Source of the DNA: the human T2T-CHM13v2.0 reference genome, Homo sapiens
Assembly (NCBI RefSeq): GCF_009914755.1
Contig: NC_060928.1
Length of the DNA stretch: 64,000 bases
Strand: one strand, 5' to 3'
Shown: positions 43,429 through 57,739 of the stretch, piece after piece
How the letters are laid out: each line of letters starts with the position of its first letter
How positions within the stretch are numbered: position 1 is the first letter of the stretch
Notes under the pieces: model-generated
Told to the model about the DNA's origin: nothing
The model's database searches: none
Seen by the model: the letters and a program-made list of their open reading frames with translations, nothing else
Translations under genes and position numbers: made by a program

Positions 43429-45484
43429 CACTGTAAGTACAGACAATCTCTATATAATTACAGTTTTATAGTTATGTTATAGTTTATTAAAGTCCAAGAA
43501 AAAATCTATTTTAAAAAACCTTACTTATAAAAATTGCTCACATTTTTCTATAAGGTAAATCAATTCTTTCATGCTTTTCTCTTGAAAACCCTGATTGCTG
43601 AAATACAAAATAATTTTTGGCTACACTTCTTCCTATTCTTTTGACTTTCTCCTACAATATTTTATGTAATATTTAACTTTTAGCCTTTTTTTCACTGTCC
43701 ACATTTTTGATGGTAGAAGTAATATTCCCGTTCATTTTTTCAAGGCTTTCCTTTTCTTTTTTTGAATGGCAACCATGTTTTAACTTACTGAGGACTTCAT
43801 ATTCAGTTTTATCTTATTGTTGCTAACAGAAATATATTTTGATTGAAAATACATTGGTGCACTAGAGAGTGAATTGTAATTTTGGACAAAGTATTTTCAA
43901 AATTATGTTATTTAGACAAATAATCATAAGTAGGGTTTTTTAGCGAAAGTGTGATTTTTAATTTTTGATTTTTTTTTTGGTCACAATGTAGTCACACAAA
44001 AATATGATGGGGCTGTTATATCAATCCCCTTTTCCAAGAAGCCATTTGGGTGAATCATGGCATAGCAAGGTTAGACCTATATTGAGGAACAAAAGTCACA
44101 GGTTGCTTCAAGATCATATAGCATCATCCAAAGGTTTTGAGTACTTACTATTGGTAATCTTTTTATAAAGAAAATATGATAGATAGATAGAAATAGAGAT
44201 AATATAAATATGATAGATGATATGGATATAGACATCATCCACTTGAGAAAAGAAAGATAAATAAATGTAAAAGGCAATATAGACCAAATACATTCTATAT
44301 TACTAATATGTACTGCGAGGGAAAAGGGTCAAATATTTTTGAATTGAGTTATTCTGTACAGTGTGCTATAGTTTTGTGACAGACATACAAAACAATTTGA
44401 AACTGCTTGGGTCTTATGCATAAGTAGTGACATAGCAGGAGATACCAAAATCTAAAGTTATTCAAAACATTAGAGGATTGTGACATACTTTTATGTTGGC
44501 TGTATAGTTTTATTAAAGCATCTAATTTAATATTATTTGCTTATTTTTTGATGCACGTGGGACAAAAAAGAAATAGCAGTAATAGCAGGAGAGAAGCAAG
44601 AAATCTAACAACTTAACGTTTAAGTCAATAATAAGTAGAAAAAGAAAAATGAAGCTCATTCCGAATGATCTGAAACACAGAAAATGACATATATGTAGTG
44701 CCTAGCATTCTAATCTTGTTTATCTGATTTACTTAATAATATCAGCAATAGAAATTGCCTGCAAATATAAGAGATATCCAAGAAATGAACAGAAATTTTG
44801 ATTGTTTGATACTGTAGCTTGGTTATAGCAATTTAAAGATCATTGAGGTAGATGAATGATGTAGCCCTGTTACATTGTAAAGAGTGATGCATTTCACTTC
44901 AGTGCAATGACATTGGGTTTAAGATACCATTCAGTAGAAAATGAAAACCAAAAATTTATTGATTAGTCTACAGATAGTGATTTTTTAAAGAAATGGCATA
45001 ATTTAAGAAACATTTTAATCATTTTCCTTATATAGACTATTAACTTTACAAATATTGAGATTGTTTCTATAGATAGAAGACATTTAAGCCTACAAGTAAT
45101 AAACTGAAAATATATTTCTTTTATCTTCAAGAATTCTGTTAATATTAACCATTTATCAAAAAGAAGTATCATAAATAAAATATTCCAATGCATTTTGTAT
45201 TTTTAATGTTAAAATGTCAAATACCTTCCTTTAATTTTGACAGCATTTTATGAATTATCTTTCTCATATAATATAATGAAAATATACTTTTTGAAAGATA
45301 GCATGATGTGTGAGTGCCCTACTTGGTAATATCTATTTATTATTTCCTGATTTCCTAATTTATTCCTACTTCAGCAACGCATAGGAATAAAATATAATTT
45401 TATTCACTGCTTATTGCTGAATAAAGGATTTACCACATAAAAATATTTTATTTTTATAGAATTATTACCTCTGGATATAAAATA

Positions 45485-45517
45485 TGTATATATACATATA
45501 CACACAATATGTGTGTG

Positions 45518-45553
<36 letters not shown>

Positions 45554-45620
45554 ATACTGGTAATACTAATATACACAATACTGGTAATACTAATACAACA
45601 CACAATACTGGTAATACTAT
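45485..45620. repeat. (TA)/(CA) microsatellite followed by 3 copies of ACACAATACTGGTAATACTA
   Basis: Seen directly; spacing is about 24-27 bp. Confidence 0.9.
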
Positions 45621-48600
45621 AATCAATTGCAGACCATACATTAAAAAATTTTATTCTCATGGAAGCATGTAATTCTTGATTAAAAAGATATAGTTTTGTT
45701 GTGTTTGAATAATTAAGTTTTCAGCATTAATAAAAGAGCAGTGAATGTGCCTTAACTAACAAAAATAAATTGGATGGAAATAAAAGACAAACTTTTCACT
45801 TGCAATAAGGAAAAAAAATGACAATGATAAAAACTAGCAAAGATATTTAAGTTTGGGTGAAATAGAATAAAAAATTTTAGTGGACCATAATGTCAGAGAA
45901 GTAGTGTTACCTCTCCCAAAAAGCTAATGAAAATTACTGAAATCATTAAGAAAATTATATTGGAGGACAAACTCATGAAAGAATTAAAGTTATATCAATA
46001 TTACTTTCATGTATATAATGACAGACACATGGAAAAAATGGAGGTGTTTTATATTATTTCAAAGACATGTTTTGAAAAAAAGACTCAGAGTTGTAAAGAG
46101 ACAAATGTGGCTTTATGCATTACTCCTTTAGTGCATTATGATAAGATTTGAAAAGCAGCAGGATGGTGCTTATCTTGACCCAAAATATCCATAAGGTGCT
46201 AAATAGTTTGTTATTAGTTATGCAGTGCCATAACTAATATTAAATGACAGCTTTTAAAATAATCTGAACCTGAAGGATTGTCATTTAAAGCTATAATTAA
46301 CCACTACAACTAATGCATGGATTTATTTATTGATCTATTCTTTCTATAAACAACATGAAAGTAATTAACAAACACAACTACTGCAAGATTCATTTATTAT
46401 CCTCTCTTTTCCATAAACAGAATGAAAGAATCAGACCACAGGGCTCTACTGGGAAAATCTGGCCCCAGGTGAGGAATATTAATAAGGACTGATGTGCTGA
46501 CTAGAGTACCACTGAGGCAGCGAAGTCAGGAAGATGAGTCTTCACAGAAAGGGAAAAAAGATTAAAGAAAAAAAAGTATTATAGAGATGCTTTGCCTATT
46601 TTTCCCTTTTGCTTTAAGTTGATCTTGGTGACATTCTCAGAGTGTAAATATTTGCTCAATTAATCCTGTGTGAATAGATGAAAAAAATGCATGATGATAG
46701 GACAAGTACCTAGGAGACAAGTTGGTTGGCCTTACAAGGATTGCCCTACAGCACCATGCAGAATTAAGATCCCAAACTGTGAAGGGATTTAACTTGTCAC
46801 TAGAATATCATTTAATGGTATTGCTGTAAATACACAGCTCCATATCAATCATAGTTAGGCACTTACAATCCCGGAGTATCCAGTCTTTGAATAGTTAGTT
46901 TTCCAGAACCCAAAGAAATCAATATTCCTTTTCAAAATAGCCTCGACTGTGTTCATTACCTTGATTTTTTAAAATGATTTCACAGGTGCATATATATGTC
47001 AAATCTTACCAAATGATAGGCTTTTTACATACATGAAATTTATACTGTCAATAATTTAATAAAGAGATTTTCAAAGCCAAGTGCACAGCTAATTAAGTAA
47101 ATAAATAAAATAGCATTGATCATCAGGATTTATATTTTTATTTTTATGCAAAGCCTTTGACTATTCAGTTATTTTTTAATATATTTTACCCCATATTTCA
47201 CAAGAAATGTGAATGTAACGGTTACATGTAGAGTTCAAAAACTATGTTTTTTCAATTCATTTTATAAAGAAGGTTAGGCTAAATAGCCCTTTTAAACATA
47301 CATATCATCATTCACCTTGGTTTTAAGTTGTTTTTCTTAACTATCTGAAGATGGCTATACTTAATATTGTCTAAGTGATAGGGGGCATGTGTTAAAAATA
47401 TGTACATTTCTACTGCCTTTGCTATTAGTAAAGCACACTTAAATGAGTAAGAAGAGAGAGAATTTTTTAAACATAGCTTATTGCCCATGTGATATTAAAA
47501 TTTGGTTTTCTCTCTTAGTTTTCATGGGAAGACTTAGGTAAATTAGTATTTTACGTAGGAGGTATGTACAAAAACTGTGTCTGCTATTAAATTATTCTAC
47601 CTTGAATTGTGATTTTATTACATATAATGCATGCTTATTTTGGAAGTGTGTTATAAAAACCATTGATACTTTGCCCTACTGGAGAGGATGATTCTTACTA
47701 GCATTCTGATAAACTGTAAATCCATGGAGTTTATCACAAAAGCAATTTTACATTATTTTGGAAACAAAATTTCCTATATAGTTTAAATTATTTTTGATTC
47801 TATATGTTATCTTTATGAGAAAAAATAATAAAGTTTCTTAATGTCAAATTTTAATAATCAAAATACATCTATTAGGCACATTGCGTACATTTTTAAAAGC
47901 CAAGTAAACCCTGTAGTAAATATAAAAAAAGAATATTAAAATAACAAGATAAATATTATATATTTATTTATTTATTTGTTAGAAGTTGGACACTTAAAAG
48001 GGTGACAGCCTTTGCATACGACTACATTAAAACAATTTAAGTTAATTTAAGTAAAGGAAAGAGGTATTCAAGCATCAACTGTTATTTATACTCAAATTAT
48101 CTGACAGCTTTATGTTGTGACATTTGGTCTTTGCAAAACACTCAAAATATAAGTCATTGCTCTGTAACCTCACAGTCAGCTTTATATTATGGTAGTCATG
48201 AATGCCAGTTTGTACCCAACGTTCATAAATCCTACTGCCTTTTTCAACAGGCCAATCACAGGATGATCATAGGGTTTCTGATTCACTTATAGTGAATTTA
48301 GGTGAAATGGAATATAAACCAATTTCTCTGAAATCATCTAACTATAAAGTTGTGATAAAAGAGACATGGTGTGGCAAGAATTATACTGCAGAGATCTTTA
48401 TTACATTCAATGGTTGACATCCTGGGCTGGTCCTAATTAAAACATTGGCCTGTAGAAGCCAAAAGTAACTTCCAAGGCCTAACAAGCACATCATTCTGTG
48501 GCCTATGGCATTCATTCTTGAGAGTAAGGAATAATCAGTAGTAGAATGGGCATCCTCTTCATCATAGTTCCCTGGGACTGAGGGTTAGATGTGCATGATA

Positions 48601-49301
48601 TAGTATACCTATAATGAATCAGCAAACATAGATCTTTCTCAAACTTTAGTTCAACTAAAAGTCACTTTTGACACATGTTAAAAAAAAACATCAATACTCA
48701 AGCTCGGTTCCCAGAGATTATAATTGAGGGCTTTTCGAAAGGAGCTCAAAAATCTGTGTTTTTAACAAGCAGTATCTGTAGTTCCACCACACTTTACGAA
48801 AGTGCTTTATAGGAAACTTGCAAAGTATAGGGAATTAGGAACTGTCAAAAGACATACAATGTGATCCTTGCACCTAAGTGGCTTACAGCCTCTTTGTGGG
48901 ACAAGTCATGTACACAATCTAACTCAGTATTAGTGACAGGTTCTTACAAGTGCCACATTACAGGTTGTGAGTTCTAGATGAAATCCTATAATTAAGCACT
49001 CACTCAGGCTGGAATTGCCAGGGAAACCAGGAAATAATAGAGGAAAGGGTAAAGAAAATTTCAAGTGGAATGACCTGTATATACAGAATAGAGAGATGCG
49101 TGGGCCTGGCATATTTAAGAGGATAACTCTTGGATAGATGCTTGAATAAATTGATATAATAGATTGAACAATATATTATAAAGAGAGGAGTATATATTGT
49201 ATTAACAGAGGAATTTGTATAGGAGTATGTATTCCTGTAGTGGAGGATTTTGAGAAACTCTAAAGATGTAGCTGACTAACCATCTAGCCGTCTATTTAAT
49301 C

Positions 49302-49520
49302 TAGGGTTTGGCAAACTTTTTCTGTAAATATTTTAGGCTTTGTGGGCCATGTATGTCTCTTTTGCATATTCTTCCTTGTTTATGTTTTCTGTATATATGT
49401 ATGTATGCATGTTACATATATATATATGTATTTTAATTTTTTAAATATGTGAAAGAATTCTTCACTCAAATACTGAACCAAAATAGGCTCAAGGGCCAAA
49501 CCATAGTTTACTGACCCCTG
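49302..49520 (+). mobile_element. MER58-type hAT DNA transposon relic
   Basis: Terminal inverted repeats tagggtttggcaaact ... agtttactgacccctg, with gtaaatattttaggctttgtgggccat inside. Confidence 0.75.
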
Positions 49521-50059
49521 ATCTTATCCGTCCAGCTTCTGGCTTCTTCCACAAAGGGTTTAAAGAAACTTGGAGAAATAAAATATGTATATTATAAATA
49601 TTAAATGTATAATAAAAAATTAGCAAGTAAAAAAAGTCAATACCTAATAAGGGAAAACTAACAAAAATATCAGTTACTATATTTGAGCTTAAGAATTTGG
49701 TTTCAGGCTTTTAGAAACCCAGTCAAAAATTTGACCAGTTACTTAGGTCTTATATATTAGGGCAATAAGACAAGCCAGTCTCCCTTCTTAGCATTCCTTT
49801 CTAAAGCAGTGCCTCACATAGGACTTCACTCTCTTCAACAGCTTCTGTAAACCAAATGCAAATAAGCCTGTTTTGAAATAATTTTTTGATGAAAGCTGAG
49901 AACGTAAACCATAAATGCCCAGGGAGGCAGTTATGAAGAATATTAAGGATTGTGGCCCAAATATGGAGTCTTCAGTTTCCAGGCTGATTCAAGAAGAAAA
50001 CATAAAATATGAATTGGATATTTGTCAAATCATTATATACATATATTTTCCACTTTGAT

Positions 50060-51160
50060 TTACAGGGAATTTTAAATCAATTGCTTCTTTTTGTCTAATT
50101 ATATAAACTTACCTACTTCTTATGCAAAACTTGGAAAAGAAAAAGAAAAATCATTCGTAATCTTACTACTTTGAATAAAATTCCTGTTGATATTTTGATG
50201 ATTTCCTCTTATTTTACATACGTTTTATAACTCTATAAATGTATTTTAATGTTATCATTTAACTTACGCAAATATTCCAATAACTCTTCATTTTTTGGCC
50301 TTTTCCATTTTTGCCCTTTTAAGTGTTGGAATAAATGCAATAAATAGATTTCTAAAAAAAAATGAAATCGCTATACTAAAGTCTGTAGCATTCTAAAGTA
50401 TTTAAATGTTATTTCTGTTTACTATTAAATTTTTTTTTCCGTTTTACTCTTTCACCAGAAGTTATGAAAGTGCCTATTTACAAAAATGTAACTCCTTGTT
50501 CCACTTATCACTACTAAGGAGTTACATTGCTGTAAACTTTTGATAACTATAGGAAAAAAATAGTGCCAGTTTCCATTTCTGTTATTACTAGTACCAAATA
50601 ATTCATTTTTCTCTTTTATTTCTAATTATGCATATTTTTCTCTCATTTATATTTTAAAAGCCTAGTATTTTTAATCAATTTTTCGAGATCTTTCCATGCC
50701 AAGGATTTTAATCTTTTGTCATATTTTTTAATCATGTTTATCTAATGGATGATTTACTTTTTAGATTTATTTTGTTTTGACTTAGAAAAAGTAGTAATTT
50801 CAATACAGTCAAATCACTTTCCTTATGATTTCTTCTACTGACTTCTAAAGAATGAAGCCGTTACTCAGCAAGATATCAGACTCATACCATCTGCTTCCTC
50901 CATCCCCCATTGTGTGGTTTGAATATTTACAATTATCTTTTCAATCCATCTGAGATTTTTTTTTGTATGGCATTCTATAAAGAATTAAGTGGACATTTTT
51001 TCCAAAATAATTGAATAATTTTCTATATATGGAAAAATATATCCTTCTCATTGATTTATGATGCCTTAAATTATGTATTATATTTTAAGTATGCTTAAAA
51101 TCTTAGTATATTATATTTGAATTAAATAGATGACTTGCTTTCATCTTTGTTTCACAATAT
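50060..51160 (-). mobile_element. Very old L1ME-like fragments
   Basis: T-rich sequence with motifs such as ttcaatccatctgagattttt...gtatgg; weak match. Confidence 0.4.
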
Positions 51161-52229
51161 AGTTCATTTGGCTTATAATTAGTGGATCATCTTGACAGAG
51201 TCTAGGTGACTGATGGTCTTATTTTTAATTTGCAGATTTTCATTTTCTTGTCATTCTTTAGGGGTTAGAGTGGGTAATTTGAAAAGACATGTCAGAAATA
51301 ACTACTTAGTTAAAAACCTTTGTGAAAAGCCAAAAGTTTTATCCTTCGAAAGCAGGCTACTACTGGTCAGTGGCAATGACTCTACATCATTATAGAGAAA
51401 TATGCTTATCTTAATTGCTATGAAATGGGAGCATAGAAGTCAACTGAAAGCAGTTTCAAGTCATTGAAATGAATTTGTTTGTTTTAGGGCAGTTCAGAAA
51501 AGAGTTGCATTTTGCATAGCTTGAAATTATCATCTGATCTCTGATGACCATTCTTGCTGAACTTGTCTTTTGCAATGCTATTAACACACAGGTTATATTC
51601 AGGCAGCTAATTGTAGGGCTTCTATGTTGAACTCAAGTTTAGTGCAGACTTTTTGTCCAGAAATTCAAAAACCTAGCAGTACTCATTGACACGTGCAAAG
51701 AATATGTTATTTTTGGCTTATTTATAACTTTGACCACATACAATATTGAAAGCAGTTTCTCTAATTATTCTTCATTAATGATTGCACTAAGAATCCAACA
51801 GGTAATTTATAAGCAAAGGAATGGTTTTGTCATTTCAAGGAAGATGACTTCTTTATTTTACTTAAATTATAGTATGAGTTTTTCCAGGTAAGGTCACAGC
51901 AAAATTACAGTTACCAAGGTGACAATAATTAGACCCCTTGAAGTTTTAAACAATGGCAAAATAATCTTAATTATTGTTTCAATGTAAGCTTTCCAGCAAG
52001 ACAAGCTATTTGAGGATAGATTTTTAAACTTTAGACTGAAAATCTCTTGGGTATGTGAAATCCAAAGCACTTACACGAAGGCATGGGAAACCTGGGAAAA
52101 ATAAGCTCCATGGATGACTTTTGGTTTCTGTGTTCCTACAATTTCTCTTCTCCTGAGGACATAATTTCAGTGCCTAGGTTTAATCTCATTATTGGTCCTG
52201 AGTCCCCCACAAGGAGTTATGTTTGAGTT

Positions 52230-52611
<382 letters not shown>

Positions 52612-52970
52612 TAATGTTATAATTTTTTTATAAAATTAAAATTGCATACGTAACTGGTAGTCTTTTCAGGATTCTATTTTGGTTTTTTTCCCTCATGAAA
52701 CTATTTAAAGCTCATTTGTCAAATCAGGAACTGGAAAGATAAGGTGTACATTTACCTGCAGTTGAGACATAAAAAATCTGTTTTAAAACCAAAAAATGTT
52801 TTAAAATATTTATAACAATTGGAGGCAGGTGCTGTCTTTTACTTACAAGATTTAGGAAAGCTTCTCTCCATTTAATTCTTTACTTCCTAATCTCATCAAT
52901 CTAACCAAGTTGTGGACATTCTGAAGAGCCACCTTATCAAATGAGTGGAAAATGATTAATTTAGAAACTA

Positions 52971-53812
52971 TAGTAAATCCTTACTTAAGGTCATTGCTGG
53001 GTTCTTGGAAACCGCCTCTTCAAAGGAAATTACATATAATAAAACCAACTTTCCCATAGGCTAATTGATATAAACAAGAGCTAAGTTCTTAGGGCATATT
53101 TCTGGTCAGAGAAACATTACCAAACTTCTAAATAAAGACCCAGAACAATTCTAACATGAAACATTGAAATAAATGTGACCTATGCATACTTTTAAGAAAG
53201 ATAAATAAAAACAAGTAAGGTAATTATTTACTCAATTTTGGTGAATTAGTGAGTGACAGTGATTGTGGTGGTGAGTCCACTGAAGGAATAAAGGTTTACA
53301 AAGCGAAAATCTTAAGGAGCACCCCTTCCCACCATGCAGTTCAAAATCAAACAATGAAAAATATGGCAGACTAGAGGAGAGCTTTAGTACCCCATCATTT
53401 CTTGTTGCATTTGTAGGATTATTATCTCCTTTAAGAATTTTTATTTTACAATCATTTGTATTCATTCATTTATTTTCCAACCAGCTTATTCTAGTTCAGG
53501 GTTTTGGGTGGCTGGAGCCTATCCCTGCAGCTCAGGGAGCAAGGTGGGAACTGACCCTAATAGGACACTATTCCATCACAGGGCACACACACTCCTACAC
53601 ACTCACTCAGACGGGGATCATTCAGACATGTCAATTCATGTAATGTGCACATCTTTGGGATGTGGAAGGAAACGAATATTCAGAGAAAACCCATGAGAGA
53701 AGTACATGTACACTCCAAACAGACAGTGGCTCTGGCCAGAAATTATTTTTTTTCTCATCAACATTATAATAAAACAACATTGAACAAAACAATTTTATTC
53801 GAGGACCTACTG
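52971..53812. mobile_element. Tigger-family DNA transposon (MER82/Tigger6-like)
   Basis: Inverted termini tagtaaatcctt ... gaggacctactg, each flanked by TA. Confidence 0.75.
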
Positions 53813-54115
53813 TATACTAAACTATATTTCATAGAAGGCTAATTAAAATGTAGTCTGTAACACTGTTTGCTAAAGGAGAGAAAAACAGCACTATAATCCC
53901 TAGACCTACTCTATAAGCCACCTGTGTTGTTTTATATATTCAGAACATAACTACTATTATTTTTACACACACACACATCCACCTGTTCACCACTCCCCTC
54001 CCACACACACATACACACACAGCCCAAAAGGTTGAGTGTATGACCCAAGCTAGACCAGCCAATCATGGCATCCCACACGAACCCCATCAATTGGCCCAGT
54101 AATGAACATGTCACT

Positions 54116-54226
54116 TGTATTTTTAGTAGAGACGGGGTTTCACCACATTGACCAGGCTGGTCTCGAACTCCTGACCTCAGGTGATCCACCCACCTCAGCC
54201 TCCCAAAGTGCTGGGATTACAGGTGT
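54116..54226 (-). mobile_element. Alu left-monomer fragment embedded in LTR33/LTR16-like sequence
   Basis: ttgtatttttagtagagacgggg ... gggattacaggtgt; truncated at both ends. Confidence 0.85.
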
Positions 54227-54431
54227 ATTATCAACTGGAATCCTTTTCCAGGGTTTTTATAAGGGAAACTTGTTAAAAGGGGATCTCTTTCCTCTTGAGT
54301 CTAGGCTTTATGAATGAAAGCCCAGAAGTACGTGTAGTGTTGGGTTTTGGAGATAACCAGACTGGTAGAATAAAGTCAATGAGAAGGTGAGTGGCATAGA
54401 AAGATTACAAATACTGTTCGAATTCTTGGAC

Positions 54432-54697
54432 CGTGTACTCATCACGTAATTTCTCATTTCTCACCCCTCTCCCACCCTCCCACCCTTCTGATCTCCAGTG
54501 TCTATTATTCCACACTCTATTTCCATGTATACATGTTATTTAGTGTCCACTTGTGAGAACATGTGGTATCTGACATTCTGCTTCTGAGCTGTTTCACTTA
54601 TGATAATGGCTTCCAGTTTCATCCATGTTGCTGCAACAATCATGATTTTATTCTTTTTATGGGTGGATAGTGTTCCATTGAATAGTACACACATTTC
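54432..54697 (-). mobile_element. Old L1 (L1PB/L1MA-like) 3' region
   Basis: cccacccttctgatctccagtgtctattattccac...gagaacatgtggtatctgac...ttcatccatgttgctgcaa. Confidence 0.8.
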
Positions 54698-54824
54698 TTT
54701 TTTTTTTTTTAATTTTATTTTTTTTTTATTATTATACTTTAAGTTTTAGGGTACATGTGCACATTGTGCAGGTTAGTTACATATGTATACATGTGCCATG
54801 CTGGTGCGCTGCACCCACTAACTC
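54698..54824 (-). mobile_element. Very short young L1 (L1HS/L1PA2-like) 3' end
   Basis: Reverse complement reads gagttagtgggtgcagcgcaccagcatggcacatgtatacatatgtaactaacctgcacaatgtgcacatgtaccctaaaacttaaagtataat plus an A tail. No TSD. Confidence 0.92.
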
Positions 54825-55790
54825 TACGCTGGGCTGGGCTGGGAAAGCCTGCACTCAAGTCCAATGATGGGCACAAGTGCTGGCCACAATGGGGATCAGA
54901 GGACAGTCCTCGGGCCTCTGGAGAAATGCCCCAGCAGGGGGTGGAGCAACCACTGCTGTGTCAAAGACCCAGCATGGAGAAAGAGGTGCAGCCTGGTTTC
55001 CACAGCCTAGCAAGTGATATTGGGACCTGATGCACTGTCATACTGCCAACCTGGCAGGGCTTTCTCCCGCCACCCAAAGCTAGTGCTAAGTCAGAATACT
55101 TAGCTGAGTCACACACAATTTGCCTTCAGACCACGTAACTGCCCAAGGTCCAAATTCGCCACCCGGGTCAAAACCACACCTCTCAGGCTAAAACCCTCTC
55201 AGTCCAGTCCCACAAAGGGGAAGCACACAACTTGAGGGCCCATGCTGGAGCCCATCCCACAGTCACCTCTCAGTTCTGGCTTTGGGAGTTCCTCCCTAAT
55301 TCAAGACAAGATCACAAAACCCAGCCCAAGACACTCTGAAGCAGTGACTGTCATTCCTGCTAGCTGCTTAGGTTCCCATACAGCCCTCTCTGAGCTAGGA
55401 TTGGTGTGGCACCCAGGTGTGAGATCCTTCCTAGTGTCATTCCTGCTCCGTCTCTCTGCTACTCCCCAAGTCAGATCTGGGGTGTGGTAGGGTCAGGACG
55501 CTCCCCTGCGGCCTGGATTGCCTGGCTATCTGGTGGGAATGTGTATTGCAGAGACACTCACCTGCTCTCACACACTAGGAATTTACTCACAATTTTCTGC
55601 TGGATCTCACCACAAAGGATTCTGCCCATTTTCTTTTTTCTGTTATCCAAAATTTTCTTTTGCTTTAATGTTGAACTCCTGTGTTCCTTCTTGGATAAAA
55701 GTTCACAGTATCAATCTCTACACACTATTTTGCTGTTTCCAATTGGGTGAAGGGTGCTAACAAAGCTTCCATTCCACCATCTGGGGAAAA
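54825..55790 (-). mobile_element. 5'UTR of an older L1 (L1M/L1PB-like)
   Basis: GC-richer block. Reverse complement starts ...agatggtggaatggaagc...ttggaaacagcaaaatagtgtgtagagat, resembling old L1 5' ends. Confidence 0.6.
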
Positions 55791-55809
55791 ACACTCAAGA
55801 AAGAGAAAT

Positions 55810-56020
55810 ACCTCTGTCTTCATTGTGCACTTGTGGAGAGAGAGAGAATGAGCTTTTTGGTCTCATCTTATAGGGACACCAATCCTGTTGATCGGAAACC
55901 CACCTCATGACTTCATTTAACCTTTATCACCTCCTCATAGGCCCCATCTCCAAATATATTTGGGGTTAGAGCTTCAACATATGAATTTTTGAGGTGGACA
56001 CAAACATTCAGTCCATAACA
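55810..56020 (-). mobile_element. MLT1A-type LTR fragment
   Basis: ggccccatctccaaata...ttcaacatatgaatttt...acacaaacattcagtccataaca. Confidence 0.8.
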
Positions 56021-56712
56021 AAAACTATAGGGTAAGGACTCTGTTAGGATAAATTCAAGCCTTTATAGGACTACATCATTAGGTCAAATGGGGCCTCCCA
56101 CAATGATTTTCATGAAATAAAAACAGATTTAAAGAAAATGTAGATTTCATAATGTCTGCCACCTCTTACATGTTACATTTTACCTAACTCAGGCTAGAGG
56201 GATCACAGAAGATATAATTATATAAATGAATATATAGAATAACTGTGGGTCAAAGATTTATTAAATTATAACCACATATCTAAACTGACTGATAGCAGGT
56301 ATCTTGTCTCGAAAAATATAAAAGCACTGAGCTAAAGCACATCTATCTTCTCGGAGAGCTGAATTAGGATAGGAAGAAATAAATGCTTGTTGTATGATTC
56401 TGGTAGCCCACGGCCAATTATGTTAGATTGATGGAGAACTGAGTGAACGAGTCTCCCTTTCCTGAGCCTATTTTTAAATGATGGAGAGAAATACAAGTTT
56501 TATGACTGGACATCATAAAATTATGATAATGACTGAATCTATTTCCTGAAACCATATGTCTTACAGATATGTAATTTTGAAATACAAAAAATTTTAACAT
56601 GTCAGTATCTTTTAATTCAGGGTCACATCCAGGCATATTTCAGGAGAATTTTATTAAATGCTAGGAAGACTAGAATATCCATGTCTGGAATAAAATTATA
56701 GTCAGTTTAATG

Positions 56713-56875
56713 CAGTGATTCTTAATCTTTTTGCACATTAAAATCACCTGGGAAGCTGTTAAAAAATGCCAATGTCTGTTTCCCACCCCAAATTAATAAA
56801 ATCAGAGTCTAGAAATAGGATCAGGCATTTTTAAAAAAAGTTTTTGGTTAATTTTATTTTACAGAAAATCACTGT
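56713..56875. mobile_element. MER5-type DNA transposon relic
   Basis: cagtgattcttaatctttttgcacattaaaatcacctggga ... aaatcactg. Confidence 0.6.
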
Positions 56876-57724
56876 CCTAATGTGGAGAAGAAATTAAGTC
56901 ATTGTCTAAGGCAGCAAATAGTTTAATTCCTTGGTCTAAAATTAGAAGGTCCAGCCTGTGTAGACCAACATATTCTTGTCAGCCAACTTCATATGAGGTG
57001 CAAAGCTCACTGAAGTGTCAAGACAAATCAGTAGTCAAAAGGAATCAAACATTACTGAGTGGCAACTGAAAATCTCAACCTACATTTGGAATGGTCCTAG
57101 AGAAGTGTTATTTCCTGGAACTAAATGGAGATTGGAGACATTCAGTGTGGCTTTCTGTTTGTAAAATCCATTGAGGGGATAATTCTTACTAATTAGCTCC
57201 CTTTGGAAAAGTAATTGGGAGATTTAGTCATAAGCAGCAAACACAGGAAATTCACTGCAACTTAGAACCTGAACTTTAATCAAATATCCCTTCAGGGACT
57301 TGAGTCTTTATAAAAGAATATCCTGTTTTTTCCTGGACACTAGGCAATGGAAAAGAGCATCACATCCTAGGATGCCTTTTGGTGCACTACCAAATAAGGA
57401 GTAAAATTTGTGGTGACCATTTGAAATACTTTCTTTACCTATTTGCATATGATTTCTATAATCCTTTAGGAATAACTTTGCCATAATCATCTCCTGTTAA
57501 ATACTTACAATAAGGCAAAGACATAGGGATGCTGAAGTGTTCAGTTTTTTCCAGTAAGTAAAGGGAACCATTAAAATTTTCTGAGCAAGTAACTTACATG
57601 CATAGAGAAGTTAAGGAAGTTGACTTTAGAAAGATATAGTTGAAGAAGGAGAAAAAATAGGCAAAGAGATCAGCTATAAAATCATCATAGTAACTATACC
57701 AAAGCAGATAGGACTTCAATATAA

Positions 57725-57739
57725 TCTCTCTCTCTCACA

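Noticed and set aside
54825-55600. GC-richer block as a possible promoter or CpG island
   Set aside because: It is CpG-poor and better explained as an old L1 5'UTR.
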